Positions 17,549-27,426 of a DNA stretch of 64,000 bases are shown one piece after another; positions within the stretch are counted from its first letter, which is position 1; each line of letters starts with the position of its first letter. Location: assembly GCA_017631955.1 (NCBI GenBank), contig JAGBSJ010000005.1:18688-82687 (forward strand), read 5' to 3'. Under the pieces are notes generated by a model, which saw only the letters and a program-made list of their open reading frames with translations, was not told the origin of the DNA and did not search any database. Source of the DNA: Clostridia bacterium. GTDB lineage: Bacteria; Bacillota; Clostridia; Oscillospirales; Acutalibacteraceae. Both the position numbers and the translations under genes were made by a program.

Positions 17549-19279
17549 ATGAAAAAATTCCTTTCACTTTTTATGGCAATTCTTATGATTGTTGCATCAC
17601 TTTTTACTGTCTCTGCATACGAAGAAGTAGTTGCAGATAAAAACGCTGTGCTTTCCGCATTGTATGAGTCAGATATTGCTACCATCCGCGAGGCAATAGA
17701 TTTAAAAATTATCACTTGTGAAGAATTGACCGCATATTACCTTGAAAGAATTGAAAAATACAACACTCCTTATAACTGTTTTATTACTTTTTGTGATAAT
17801 GCTTTAGAAGTTGCAAAACAGAGAGATGCCCAACTGCAAAAAGGTGAAAATGACGGTCTTCTTTTCGGTATTCCTGTTGTTGTGAAAGATAATATTGATA
17901 TTAAAGGCCTTTACACCACAAACGGACATACCTATGAAAAGTCAAAAATTGCAGACAGTAACGCTACTGTTGTAAATTATCTTTTAGAGCAAGGCGCAGT
18001 AATAATCGGCAAAACAAATATGAGCACTGACGCTCAGGATGCTCGAATTTCATACAGCGAAATCACGGGACAAACTAAAAACGCCTACAATACATTGCTT
18101 GCAGCGGGTGGCTCATCAGGTGGCACTGCGGTTGCGGTTTCACTGAATTTCGCCGTTGCAGGACTTGGTACAGACACAAACTCGTCTTTAAGAATCCCCG
18201 CGGTGCTTAATGGATGTGTTTCTTTGCGCACTACTTTTGACCTTGTTGACCGCACAGGTTGTACTACTCTTAACAGCACCCGAGATGTTGCGGGAGCAAT
18301 TACAAGAAGTGTTTATGACCAAGCAATTATGATGGATGTTCTTACAAATGGACAGTATAAATACACCGAAAATCTTGATAAAAACACTCTTGATGGCTTA
18401 AAAATCGGTATTCTTAAAGAATTATCTTATGCTACAACATCTGCTACAATTACAGGTACAGAGGTTGAGCGAAACGCTATTGCTACAAAATTTGATGTTT
18501 CTGCAAGAACGGACAAGCATATTGATGGCGAAGTTGCTAATGCTTTCGAAAATGCAATAAGAGAACTTGAAGATTGCGGCGCAGAGATTGTAACCGTTTC
18601 AATGCCGAAACTCTGGAATTTGTCTTATAACACCTTTGCAAGTGGACACAAATCAAACAAACAGGCACTTTATAACGAGTTTGAAAAAATCGTTAACGAA
18701 AATGGACTTGATGCGGTAATTTTTCCCTCATACCTTTCAACTCCACTAAAATCAGGAACAGATGAGAACGGAAAATACTGGAATGCTTGGAGTCAGGTAT
18801 TCTTGAACAACTGCCGAGCATTATCTCCATCTGCATCACTACCTGAAATTTCAATCCCAATCGGTTACCACTCATCAGGCGCAGGAATAGGTCTTGAAAT
18901 TGCTGGGCTTAAAAACTCTGAACAATTACTTTTGAATATTGCATATTCATACACAGAAAAATATAATCACCGCGCAGTGCCAACAGGCGCACCCGACTTA
19001 TATGCTGATTACGGCGCAGATTCACTTGAAGCAATAATCGGAGCTGTTATAGCACAGGTAAACGCAAAACCCAAAGAAACTACTACCGAAAAGCAGAATA
19101 CAACAACAGACAATAATGCTGACAATAATAAACCAAATTCAAAAATTGTTCCTGTTTTAATTGGTGGCGGATTTATTAGTGCGGGGTTAATTCTGACTGC
19201 AATTTCCAAACGAAAAAAGCCAAAAAAGAAAAAAGTTAAAACTCCCGAACCGCAGTATGATATAAACACACAGAAATAA
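17549..19279 (+). CDS. Exported amidase-signature (AS) family enzyme with C-terminal TM anchor
   Basis: Signal peptide MKKFLSLFMAILMIVASLFTVSA. AS motif AAGGSSGGTAVAVSLNFAVAGLGTDTNSSLRIPA. C-terminal TM IVPVLIGGGFISAGLILTAI followed by KRKKPKKKKVK. Confidence 0.85.
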   Translation: MKKFLSLFMAILMIVASLFTVSAYEEVVADKNAVLSALYESDIATIREAIDLKIITCEELTAYYLERIEKYNTPYNCFITFCDNALEVAKQRDAQLQKGENDGLLFGIPVVVKDNIDIKGLYTTNGHTYEKSKIADSNATVVNYLLEQGAVIIGKTNMSTDAQDARISYSEITGQTKNAYNTLLAAGGSSGGTAVAVSLNFAVAGLGTDTNSSLRIPAVLNGCVSLRTTFDLVDRTGCTTLNSTRDVAGAITRSVYDQAIMMDVLTNGQYKYTENLDKNTLDGLKIGILKELSYATTSATITGTEVERNAIATKFDVSARTDKHIDGEVANAFENAIRELEDCGAEIVTVSMPKLWNLSYNTFASGHKSNKQALYNEFEKIVNENGLDAVIFPSYLSTPLKSGTDENGKYWNAWSQVFLNNCRALSPSASLPEISIPIGYHSSGAGIGLEIAGLKNSEQLLLNIAYSYTEKYNHRAVPTGAPDLYADYGADSLEAIIGAVIAQVNAKPKETTTEKQNTTTDNNADNNKPNSKIVPVLIGGGFISAGLILTAISKRKKPKKKKVKTPEPQYDINTQK

Positions 19280-19284
19280 AAAAT

Positions 19285-19308
19285 GGGCTATCGCAAATGC
19301 GATAGCCC
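19285..19308. terminator. Bidirectional terminator (amidase gene and pnp converge)
   Basis: GGGCTATCGC aaat GCGATAGCCC. T-run on the minus side (plus-strand A-run 19279-19283), weaker TTAAATTTT on the plus side. Confidence 0.8.
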
Positions 19309-19325
19309 TTAAATTTTATTAATTA

Positions 19326-21521
19326 TTAGTCGTTGTTTCTTCTTCTGTTGAAACGGCGGTTGTTATCACGCTTTTTTGGCTCTTCATCAATGTCATTTTC
19401 AGGAACAAGTCCTTTAACTTCGATAAGAGCGTCACGGCGAGAAAGGTTAAGACGACCTTGGTCATCAATTTCAAGTACTTTTACAAGTACTGTATCGCCA
19501 ACATTAACAACATCTTCTACCTTTTCTGTGCGCTTAACATCAAGACGGCTAATGTGAACAAGACCTTCTTTACCAGGAGCAATTTCAACAAATGCACCGA
19601 AGCTCATAAGACGAGTTACAACACCGTTATAGATTGCGCCGATTTCTGGGTCTTTTGCAATAAGTTCAACGATTGTCAATGCGCGTTTTGCATTTTCAAG
19701 GTCGATACCTGAAATAAATACGCGACCGTCTTCTTCAATGTCAATCTTAACTTCGCAATCTGCCTGAATCTTCTGAATAACCTTACCCTGTTTACCGATA
19801 ACATCACCGATTTTTTCAGGATTAATTACTGTTGAAAGCATCTTTGGAGCATATTTTGAAAGTTCTGCTCTTGGCTCTGCAATGCAAGGAATCATAATTT
19901 CATCAAGAATGTAGTTTCTTGCTTTATGAGTTTTTGCAAATGCTTCTTTAATGATTTCAGGTGTAAGACCATGAACTTTAAGGTCCATCTGAATTGCTGT
20001 GATACCATTCTTTGTACCTGCAACTTTAAAGTCCATATCGCCATAGAAGTCTTCAAGACCCTGAATGTCAACCATTGTCATAAAGTCGCCATAAACGCCT
20101 TCGTCACCTGTGATAAGACCACAAGAGATACCTGCTACAGGAGCTTTGATTGGAACACCTGCTGCCATAAGAGCAAGAGTTGAACCACAAATTGAGCCCT
20201 GTGAAGTTGAGCCGTTTGATGAAAGAACTTCTGAAACTACGCGGATTGCGTATGGGAATTCATCAACTGATGGAAGAACAGGAACAAGAGCTTTTTCTGC
20301 AAGAGCACCGTGACCAATTTCACGACGTCCAGGGCCACGAGATGGCTTTGTTTCACCAACTGAATATGATGGGAAGTTGTAGTGGTGAATATATCTCTTT
20401 TCTGTCTGTTCATCAAGACCATCAAGAAGCTGAGCATCACCCATAGGTCCGAGAGTTGCAATTGAAAGTACCTGTGTCTGACCACGAGTAAACATACCTG
20501 AACCGTGAGCGCGGGCAATAAGGTCTACTTCTGCATTAAGAGGACGAATGTCATCAATGCCACGACCGTCAACACGCTTGTGTTCATCTTTAAGCCAAGC
20601 ACGAACAACGTGTTTCTGAACAAGATACATAATCTCGTCAAGTTTGCCTTCGTTGCCTTCAAATCTTTCGTCAAACTTTTTATGAACTGCTTCATAAATT
20701 GGAAGAAGTGCTTCGTCACGAACAAGTTTGTCGTCAGTATCAAGTGCTTTTTTAACATCTTCAATGCAGAATGCTTCGATTTCTGCCATAATTTCTGGGT
20801 CTGGGTCTGAAGATTCATAAGCGAATTTTGGCTTACCAACTTCGTCAACAATACCCTGAATGAATTTAACGATTTTCTGGTTTTCTGCGTGACCTGCCAT
20901 AATTGCGTCAAACATTGTATCGTCGTCGATTTCGTTTGCGCCTGCTTCAATCATAGCAACAAGGTCTGCAGTAGAAGCAACAGTAAGAACTAAGTCTGAC
21001 TTTGCTCTTTCTTCAAGATTTGGGTTGATAACGATTTTACCATCAACAAGTCCAACGTTTACGCCTGAAACTGGACCGTCCCATGGAATATCAGAAATTG
21101 CGATCGCTGCTGAAACACCAATCATAGCTGTAATTTCAGGTGAGCAGTCAAGGTCAACTGACATTACAGTTGCAACAACTGAACAGTCATTTCTAAGGTC
21201 TTTTGGGAAAAGTGGACGAATAGGTCTGTCAATGCAACGTGATGTAAGGATTGCTTTTTCACTTGCTCTGCCTTCTCTTCTCTGGAATGAGCCAGGAATG
21301 CGACCTACTGAGTACATTTTTTCTTCATAGTCAACTGAAAGTGGGAAGAAATCTACGCCTTCTCTTGGTTTTGCAGAAGCTGTAACTGTACAAAGAACTT
21401 CTGTTTCGCCGTAACGAGCCATAACTGCAGCGTTAGCAAGACCAGCCATTTTGCCTGTTTCAAGTGTTAATTTTCTGCCAGCAAGTTCAGTTTCCCAAAC
21501 TTTGAAATTCTTGAAAAACAT
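19326..21521 (-). CDS. pnp: Polyribonucleotide nucleotidyltransferase (PNPase)
   Basis: 731 aa with two RNase PH-like halves, KH (GKVIQKIQ) and S1 (GAIYNGVVTRLMSFGAFVEI) domains. Lies downstream of rpsO. Confidence 0.95.
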   Translation of the reverse strand: MFFKNFKVWETELAGRKLTLETGKMAGLANAAVMARYGETEVLCTVTASAKPREGVDFFPLSVDYEEKMYSVGRIPGSFQRREGRASEKAILTSRCIDRPIRPLFPKDLRNDCSVVATVMSVDLDCSPEITAMIGVSAAIAISDIPWDGPVSGVNVGLVDGKIVINPNLEERAKSDLVLTVASTADLVAMIEAGANEIDDDTMFDAIMAGHAENQKIVKFIQGIVDEVGKPKFAYESSDPDPEIMAEIEAFCIEDVKKALDTDDKLVRDEALLPIYEAVHKKFDERFEGNEGKLDEIMYLVQKHVVRAWLKDEHKRVDGRGIDDIRPLNAEVDLIARAHGSGMFTRGQTQVLSIATLGPMGDAQLLDGLDEQTEKRYIHHYNFPSYSVGETKPSRGPGRREIGHGALAEKALVPVLPSVDEFPYAIRVVSEVLSSNGSTSQGSICGSTLALMAAGVPIKAPVAGISCGLITGDEGVYGDFMTMVDIQGLEDFYGDMDFKVAGTKNGITAIQMDLKVHGLTPEIIKEAFAKTHKARNYILDEIMIPCIAEPRAELSKYAPKMLSTVINPEKIGDVIGKQGKVIQKIQADCEVKIDIEEDGRVFISGIDLENAKRALTIVELIAKDPEIGAIYNGVVTRLMSFGAFVEIAPGKEGLVHISRLDVKRTEKVEDVVNVGDTVLVKVLEIDDQGRLNLSRRDALIEVKGLVPENDIDEEPKKRDNNRRFNRRRNND

Positions 21522-21562
21522 AATTTTTACCTCTTTTCTTTTACTTAAAATTTGTATTTCTT

Positions 21563-21647
21563 CGGGGCAAAAATCTGTTTAGCAATAAATACAATCTTCA
21601 ATTTCTTGAAAACTCTATTTACCGCTAAAGCTTTGGATTTCGCCCCG
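21563..21647 (-). promoter_or_regulatory. Structured pnp 5' leader (long-range stem)
   Basis: Minus strand GGGGCGAAATC ... GATTTTTGCCCC pairs (5+5 bp with a bulge) and encloses about 60 nt, between the rpsO terminator and the pnp RBS. The function is inferred by analogy with pnp leader autoregulation. Confidence 0.3.
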
Positions 21648-21664
21648 TTTTTAACTACCTCAAA

Positions 21665-21705
21665 AAGCAATTCAAGGCAGATAAGTGAAAAAACTTATCT
21701 GCCTT
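21665..21705 (-). terminator. rpsO terminator or attenuator hairpin
   Basis: 13-bp stem AAGGCAGATAAGT/ACTTATCTGCCTT (21674-21686 with 21693-21705). A T-run follows after a short spacer on the minus strand. Confidence 0.6.
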
Positions 21706-21717
21706 AAAGGGTTTTGA

Positions 21718-21987
21718 TTACTTACGAAGACCAAGTTTTGCAACGATTGCACGGTATCTTTCGATATCTTTCTTCTGAAGGTATGCAAGAAGATTTCTTC
21801 TGCGACCAACCATCTTAAGAAGACCGCGACGTGAGTGGTGGTCCTTCTTGTTAACCTTAAGATGCTCTGTAAGGTCGTTAATTCTCTTTGTGAGAACTGC
21901 GATTTGAACTTCAGGAGAACCTGTGTCGCCTTCGTGTGCAGCGTATTCAGCCATGATTGCCTGTTTTTCTGCCTGTGTCATTGTCAT
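21718..21987 (-). CDS. rpsO: 30S ribosomal protein S15
   Basis: 89 aa, [51 protein letters not shown]. Confidence 0.97.
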   Translation of the reverse strand: MTMTQAEKQAIMAEYAAHEGDTGSPEVQIAVLTKRINDLTEHLKVNKKDHHSRRGLLKMVGRRRNLLAYLQKKDIERYRAIVAKLGLRK

Positions 21988-22121
21988 TTCACCTCATTAT
22001 AAAATATTTATGCTCAAATGCCCCAGATGAAAGCAGGTGAATTCCCAGTTGGGATTACTCAATCACCCGAGTGCACAGAGATAGCCATAAAAGTATAACA
22101 CAATGAATTCAAAAAAGTCAA
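21988..22121 (-). promoter_or_regulatory. rpsO promoter plus structured ~100-nt leader (possible S15 autoregulatory element)
   Basis: Minus strand TTGACT (22116-22121), 18 nt, TATACT (22092-22097). The leader has stem GGTGA...TCACC enclosing hairpin CCCAactGGG just upstream of RBS GAGGTG. Confidence 0.4.
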
Positions 22122-22159
22122 GTGTTTTTTATAAGAATATTATTTGTTTAAAAATCTGT

Positions 22160-24274
22160 TTAATTCAGTATATTACCACTTTGCTGTGAATTTGTTATAT
22201 CTGAATTTCTGCTGAAATATGCATCATAAACTTCTTTTGCATAGTTTGCAAGACCTGCAGATTTAACATTTTCAACGGCGATTACTACCGCAATTTGTGG
22301 GTTATCGGCAGGTGCATAAGAAATAAAGAAACCATTTGTATATGCAACTGTTACGCCATTTACTTTTTTCTTTGCATCAGCAGTACCTGTTTTTGCGGCA
22401 ACCTGATAATCTGCATCACGAAGTGACGCATAAGTGTTTGCCATTGAAATCATACCCTTTTTAACCGCCTCATAAGACGCCTTTGAGCCACCGACTTCGT
22501 TAAGAATTTCCGGCTCTGCCTTATAAAGTGTTTCGGAGTAGTCTGCTGATTTAATACTGTCAACAAAATGAGCTTTATATCTTGTTCCGCCATTTGCAAG
22601 GGTTGAAACATAAGAGCAAAGTTGAATTGGTGTATAAAGGTGGTCAGTCTGACCGATTGCCGCCTGAACAGTATCGCCAGGGTACCAAGTGCCGCCTAAT
22701 GATTCGCGATATTCAATACTTGGAACAACACCTTTTGTTTCAGTAAGTTCTGTGCCTGTATCACTGCCAAGACCGAATTTTTTGAAATATTCTGTCATTC
22801 TGTTAATGCCAAGTTGTCTGCCCACTTCATAGAAATAGATGTTGCAAGAATGTTTAAGACCTGTTTCAAGGGTTATTTCTCCGCCCGCGTGATTGTTTAC
22901 ATTAAAGCAGTAGAAACTCATATCTTTGAAATATGTGTATCTTCTTGTACACAAAATTCCTGTTGTTGGAGTTATAATACCCTCTTCAAGACCTGCAAAG
23001 CCCATAATCGGTTTCATTGTTGAACCGGGAGCATAAGTACTACGGAGTGCTCTGTTCCAGAGCGGTGCGGATTTATCGGAATTAAGTTTTGAGTAGTCCT
23101 GTTTATATGTCTGCAAATCATAAGATGGATATGTTGCACAAGCAAGAATTGAGAAATCGTTAACATCCATAACAACAATACTACCCGCGGTATCGATGTG
23201 TTGTATTTCTTTTGTGCTATCGATTTTTGAAGCTAGAATATTCTGTACTTTTTTCTGGAAATCACCGTCTATTGTGAGGATTACATTGTTTCCGTTAACA
23301 GGTGCAGTTGTAATTGTTGTGTTTTTTGTGCCGTCTGCATTGGTTACCGTTGTGGCAACACCACGAGTACCACGAAGCTCATTTTCAAGGGCACTTTCAA
23401 GACCGAATTTACCGATTTTATCGGTCATTTTATATGAGCGAAGTCCTAAAGTTTCAATTTCTTTTTCAGTAAGATTTTCGTCTTTAAGTGACTCTTTGTA
23501 TTTTTCTGTTACAGATGCATATTCTTCTGCATTAAGATAATCGTAATAGCCGATAATATGCGGTGCGATTGTGCCGTCATAATAAGCGCGCTCGGTGTCA
23601 ATTCGAGTTTCAATACCTCTGTAAAATCTGCTTTGCTCTTTAAGAATAAGAATAACTTCATTCGGCACATTTTCAGCGATAGTGAACGGATTGTTTTTTG
23701 AGAAATCTGCTTTAACCATTGCAAAGTGCACAGATGCAACCTTGATTGCATCGGCAACTGACATATTTTCAAGTGAATAATACTCGCAAAGTGCATCAAA
23801 AACATTCTTTGGAGTTGCATAGCGGTTTAAGTTAAGATAATCTCTTGCGAAAAGTTTGTTTTTGTCGTTTTTACTGTTTTCTGTGAAAACAATATTGCTA
23901 CCTACAAGCTCAATTGGTAATGTTGAGTTGTATTCAACAGCTTTGCTTTCAAACAAACGAATAAGTGAAAGAATAATCTCATTACGCTCTTGGATTTTTG
24001 ATGCCTTTGGGAAATATGACGCATCAATATAAACCGTATTTGAACTTTCGTTATAAACAAGCGGAGTGCCGTTAATATCGAGAATTTCGCCACGTAAAGC
24101 ATCTATTTTTGTTTTTGCAGATGAGAGATAGATGTTTTTTGATGTGTATTCATCCGCCATAATAACCTGAATTCTGAAAAGGTCGGCAATAAAGAATGAA
24201 ATCACAAGTAAGACTGCAACAACAAACGCGGTTGCTCGCATTTTATAACTATAAGTACCTTTCATTCTTTTCAC
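22160..24274 (-). CDS. mrdA: Penicillin-binding protein 2 (elongation transpeptidase)
   Basis: SxxK STMKP, SxN SCN, KTG KTGTA, N-terminal TM. Directly downstream of mreBCD. Confidence 0.88.
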   Translation of the reverse strand: MKRMKGTYSYKMRATAFVVAVLLVISFFIADLFRIQVIMADEYTSKNIYLSSAKTKIDALRGEILDINGTPLVYNESSNTVYIDASYFPKASKIQERNEIILSLIRLFESKAVEYNSTLPIELVGSNIVFTENSKNDKNKLFARDYLNLNRYATPKNVFDALCEYYSLENMSVADAIKVASVHFAMVKADFSKNNPFTIAENVPNEVILILKEQSRFYRGIETRIDTERAYYDGTIAPHIIGYYDYLNAEEYASVTEKYKESLKDENLTEKEIETLGLRSYKMTDKIGKFGLESALENELRGTRGVATTVTNADGTKNTTITTAPVNGNNVILTIDGDFQKKVQNILASKIDSTKEIQHIDTAGSIVVMDVNDFSILACATYPSYDLQTYKQDYSKLNSDKSAPLWNRALRSTYAPGSTMKPIMGFAGLEEGIITPTTGILCTRRYTYFKDMSFYCFNVNNHAGGEITLETGLKHSCNIYFYEVGRQLGINRMTEYFKKFGLGSDTGTELTETKGVVPSIEYRESLGGTWYPGDTVQAAIGQTDHLYTPIQLCSYVSTLANGGTRYKAHFVDSIKSADYSETLYKAEPEILNEVGGSKASYEAVKKGMISMANTYASLRDADYQVAAKTGTADAKKKVNGVTVAYTNGFFISYAPADNPQIAVVIAVENVKSAGLANYAKEVYDAYFSRNSDITNSQQSGNILN

Positions 24275-24298
24275 CGTCCTTTCAAAAATTTATAAATC

Positions 24299-24826
24299 TT
24301 AATATTCTGTGTAGTTGAATGAGAATTTTCTGTTTACTGCGCGAATAATTGCATACCACAATGGAGTAAGCACTAGAGAATAAATGCTCATTGGGAAATA
24401 ATATCTCAACAACATTTCTGCACCACCGTCAATACCGCGCGCAGTTATGAAGAAGAGTACATAACTTAAAAAGTAAAGTAGTGTAAATCCCGTATTCATC
24501 ATTATATAAGTAACAATGTTATTGCGCATAAAAATACGAAGTAACACACCACAAACTCCACATGCAACCATTAGGAAAAGTGCATTGTAACCGTCAGCGG
24601 TAACTGTAAGAGTATCCCACAATGCGCCTGAAAGAAGCCCTGCGACTGCACCAACCACTTCGCCCTCAAACATAGAAATACATACTGCAACGGAAATAAG
24701 TAAAACAGGTCGGACCGATGCAATCTGCGGAAAGATTGTCAGTATATTCTGAAAAGCATGCGCCAAAAGAATTATAACGCCATACACGGCATATCTTTTG
24801 ACTTTTATTTTGGTCTGAACTCTCAT
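24299..24826 (-). CDS. mreD: Rod shape-determining protein MreD
   Basis: 175-aa polytopic membrane protein immediately after mreC. Confidence 0.8.
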   Translation of the reverse strand: MRVQTKIKVKRYAVYGVIILLAHAFQNILTIFPQIASVRPVLLISVAVCISMFEGEVVGAVAGLLSGALWDTLTVTADGYNALFLMVACGVCGVLLRIFMRNNIVTYIMMNTGFTLLYFLSYVLFFITARGIDGGAEMLLRYYFPMSIYSLVLTPLWYAIIRAVNRKFSFNYTEY

Positions 24827-24838
24827 TTTTTATTTCCT

Positions 24839-25675
24839 TTATTGCTCACTAAAGTCTGTAATAACAAAACAATCGTGAATGTCTTTTGTGTTAACTGGTG
24901 GTTCAACTATTGCATAAGATGAAAGGTCTGTTTCACTCTGTTTAACTGTTGAAACTGTACCTATAATAAGGTCTTTAGGGAAAATTCCGCCTGTACCTGA
25001 TGTACACACAATACCACCTTTTGAAACTGCAGTATTACGGTCAAGAGAAGAAAGTGCACAAGTGCCGTTTACCGCCATATCATAAGTAGCGTTTGTATAA
25101 CCCAACTCACCTGTTCTGATTTCATAAGCCGCAACATGAACTGATGGGTCGAAAACTGAACGGACAACCGCCGATGTGGGATTAACTTCAGTTACAACAC
25201 CTACAAGGTATTCACTGTAAATAACCGCATCATTTACTTTGATTCCGTCATCTGAGCCCTTGTTGATTGTGAATGAGCCAAACATATCGGCAGAATCACG
25301 ACCTATAACTGTTGAGTAAACCCAAGTGTAGTCAGGATTTTTCTCGCGGACATCAAGAAATTCTTCGTATGCTTCAAGTTGTTTTTTAGTTTTTTCGTAA
25401 TCTACAAGTTGTGCCTGATAATCAGCAACCTGTTGTTCAAGCTCTGCAACTCTATCGCGGTAGGCGTCAGATGAAATAAAGCCACCTGTTGCACCGTCTA
25501 ACTTTGCAGAAAAGTATGACGCCACATTCTGTAACGGAGATGTTATAAAATCAACCACATTTGTAAGTGGAGATGTTTTGCTCCCTACAACAGTAGCAAG
25601 AACAGTTGCACACACAAGGATTATTGCAACCGCAAGCAGAACTTTGAATGTTGTACTTTTGAAAAAATTGTTCAT
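24839..25675 (-). CDS. mreC: Rod shape-determining protein MreC
   Basis: N-terminal TM, coiled coil (RDRVAELEQQVADYQAQLVDYEKTKKQLEAYEEF), beta-rich C-terminus. Lies between mreB and mreD. Confidence 0.88.
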   Translation of the reverse strand: MNNFFKSTTFKVLLAVAIILVCATVLATVVGSKTSPLTNVVDFITSPLQNVASYFSAKLDGATGGFISSDAYRDRVAELEQQVADYQAQLVDYEKTKKQLEAYEEFLDVREKNPDYTWVYSTVIGRDSADMFGSFTINKGSDDGIKVNDAVIYSEYLVGVVTEVNPTSAVVRSVFDPSVHVAAYEIRTGELGYTNATYDMAVNGTCALSSLDRNTAVSKGGIVCTSGTGGIFPKDLIIGTVSTVKQSETDLSSYAIVEPPVNTKDIHDCFVITDFSEQ

Positions 25676-25698
25676 AATTTTTTCTCCAATTTATAAGA

Positions 25699-26688
25699 TT
25701 AGATATTTCCTTTTTCTAAGCAAATTCCCATACCTGCTGCTACACAATCCATTGGGTCAACTGCAACATGAACAGGGATTTTTGTTTCTTGTGAAATAAG
25801 CTTATCGATTTCGCGAAGAAGTGCTCCGCCACCTGTAAGCATAATTCCGTTATCAACAATATCAGCCAATAATTCAGGTGGAGTTTTTTCAAGAGTTGAA
25901 CGGATTGTTTCAAGAATTTGTGAAATTGGGTCTGCGAGTGCTTCACGCACATCTTCAGATGTGATTTCAACATTCTTTGGAAGTCCGTCAACAAGGTTAC
26001 GACCGCGGACATCCATAGCGCCCTCGCCGTCATAACTCATAGCAGAACCGATTTTAATTTTAATTTCTTCCGCAGTACGCTCACCAATAAGAACATTATG
26101 CTTTTTGCGTATGTATTCAATAATCGCCTCGTCAAAATCGTCACCCGCAATTCTTGATGACTTTGCAGTAACAATATCACGGTATGAAACAACTGCAACT
26201 TCAGTTGTACCGCCACCGATATCAACAATCATACTACCTACTGCCTCAGTTACAGGAAGACCTACACCAATAGCAGCAGCAAGTGGTTTGTGAATAAGAG
26301 ATGCATATTTTGCACCCGCATCACGAGCCGCGTCGTGAACGGCTTTTCTTTCAACCTCTGTAATACCTGATGGCACACAGATAAGTACCCTTGCTCTTGC
26401 AAAAGGAGAACGCTTAATAACCTTTTTAATAAATTCTTTAAGCATGTCCGATGTGATTTCAGAATTGACAATAACACCATCTTTTAATGGTTTAACTGCA
26501 GTAATTGAGCCAGGTGTTCTACCAATCATATCTTTTGCTTCGTTACCAACTGCAACAACTGATGGCGGGTCAGTTTTTTCATTAACAGCCACAACTGATG
26601 GCTCACGAAGAACAATGCCCTTTCCCTTAAGATATACAATTGTGTTGGCAGTACCCAAATCGATACCGATGTCCTGTGCAAAAAGCAT
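25699..26688 (-). CDS. mreB: Rod shape-determining protein MreB
   Basis: [34 protein letters not shown]. Start moved to the ATG at 26688 (GGAG 8 nt upstream). Confidence 0.95.
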   Translation of the reverse strand: MLFAQDIGIDLGTANTIVYLKGKGIVLREPSVVAVNEKTDPPSVVAVGNEAKDMIGRTPGSITAVKPLKDGVIVNSEITSDMLKEFIKKVIKRSPFARARVLICVPSGITEVERKAVHDAARDAGAKYASLIHKPLAAAIGVGLPVTEAVGSMIVDIGGGTTEVAVVSYRDIVTAKSSRIAGDDFDEAIIEYIRKKHNVLIGERTAEEIKIKIGSAMSYDGEGAMDVRGRNLVDGLPKNVEITSEDVREALADPISQILETIRSTLEKTPPELLADIVDNGIMLTGGGALLREIDKLISQETKIPVHVAVDPMDCVAAGMGICLEKGNI

Positions 26689-26834
26689 TTTTACATCTCC
26701 CATTTTCAAATATTTATATAATGTGTTCAATACATAGTTAATCTATTATAGTATAACAAAATCGCAGATATTATACAATACCTGCGATAAAAAATTCATA
26801 TTAAATTTTTAATTTTATAGGTATAGATATAAAA

Positions 26835-26900
26835 GCCTCCCTCTGACGAGGGAGGTGGCAAAATCTTTGGTTTTGACGGAGGGAGAGATATACTCCCCTT
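26835..26900 (+). repeat. GC-rich structured intergenic repeat, copy A (S / loop / S' / variable hairpin / S'')
   Basis: CCTCCCTC tgac GAGGGAGG TGGCA aaatctttggtttt GAC GGAGGGAG, directly after the stop of the 26902-27306 gene. On the minus strand the terminal hairpin CCTCCCTCgtcaGAGGGAGG is followed by CTTTTAT. Related copies lie at 61542-61651 and 61673-61716. Confidence 0.8.
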
Positions 26901-26901
26901 A

Positions 26902-27306
26902 CTACATAAAATAGTAAGCAAACACAATAACCACTATACACATTGCAAAAACAATCGCACATGGCAACAAAGTGTTTCGCAACAATCGTTTACCCTTTTC
27001 ATCAATGAAACCTTTTTTATAAGCCAAATATGCAAAATACATGAAAAGTATTAGAACAACCGCCAATAATAACCACATTAAATATTGCGACATATTTATA
27101 AGTAACGAATTGGGCGAATATTCTTTTATCGCTTTATATGGTACAGTATATAAGCCAAGCACGAGAATACCATACAATGCATTTATAAAAGGATGTCCTG
27201 GTTTTTTCTTTTTCATATCAATAATACCATATACGAAGAAAATGGCACAAATTAAAATCATTATAGAATAAGGAAGTAATGACAGACTATTAAAGAAATT
27301 AAACAT
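26902..27306 (-). CDS. Hypothetical small membrane protein (4 TM)
   Basis: 134 aa, strongly hydrophobic, RBS GGAGG. Confidence 0.6.
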   Translation of the reverse strand: MFNFFNSLSLLPYSIMILICAIFFVYGIIDMKKKKPGHPFINALYGILVLGLYTVPYKAIKEYSPNSLLINMSQYLMWLLLAVVLILFMYFAYLAYKKGFIDEKGKRLLRNTLLPCAIVFAMCIVVIVFAYYFM

Positions 27307-27369
27307 CTAAATCCTCCTTCAAACAACTTTTTCTTAACTCAAATATATCATTTCAAACTTAAAATGTCA

Positions 27370-27400
27370 ATAAAAACGGGACGCTGTGGTCAGCGTCCCC
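27370..27400 (-). terminator. argS rho-independent terminator
   Basis: GGGACGCTG tggt CAGCGTCCC; the minus strand continues GTTTTTATTG. Confidence 0.85.
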
Positions 27401-27426
27401 TACATTGTTTTGTATTTGAAAATTCA

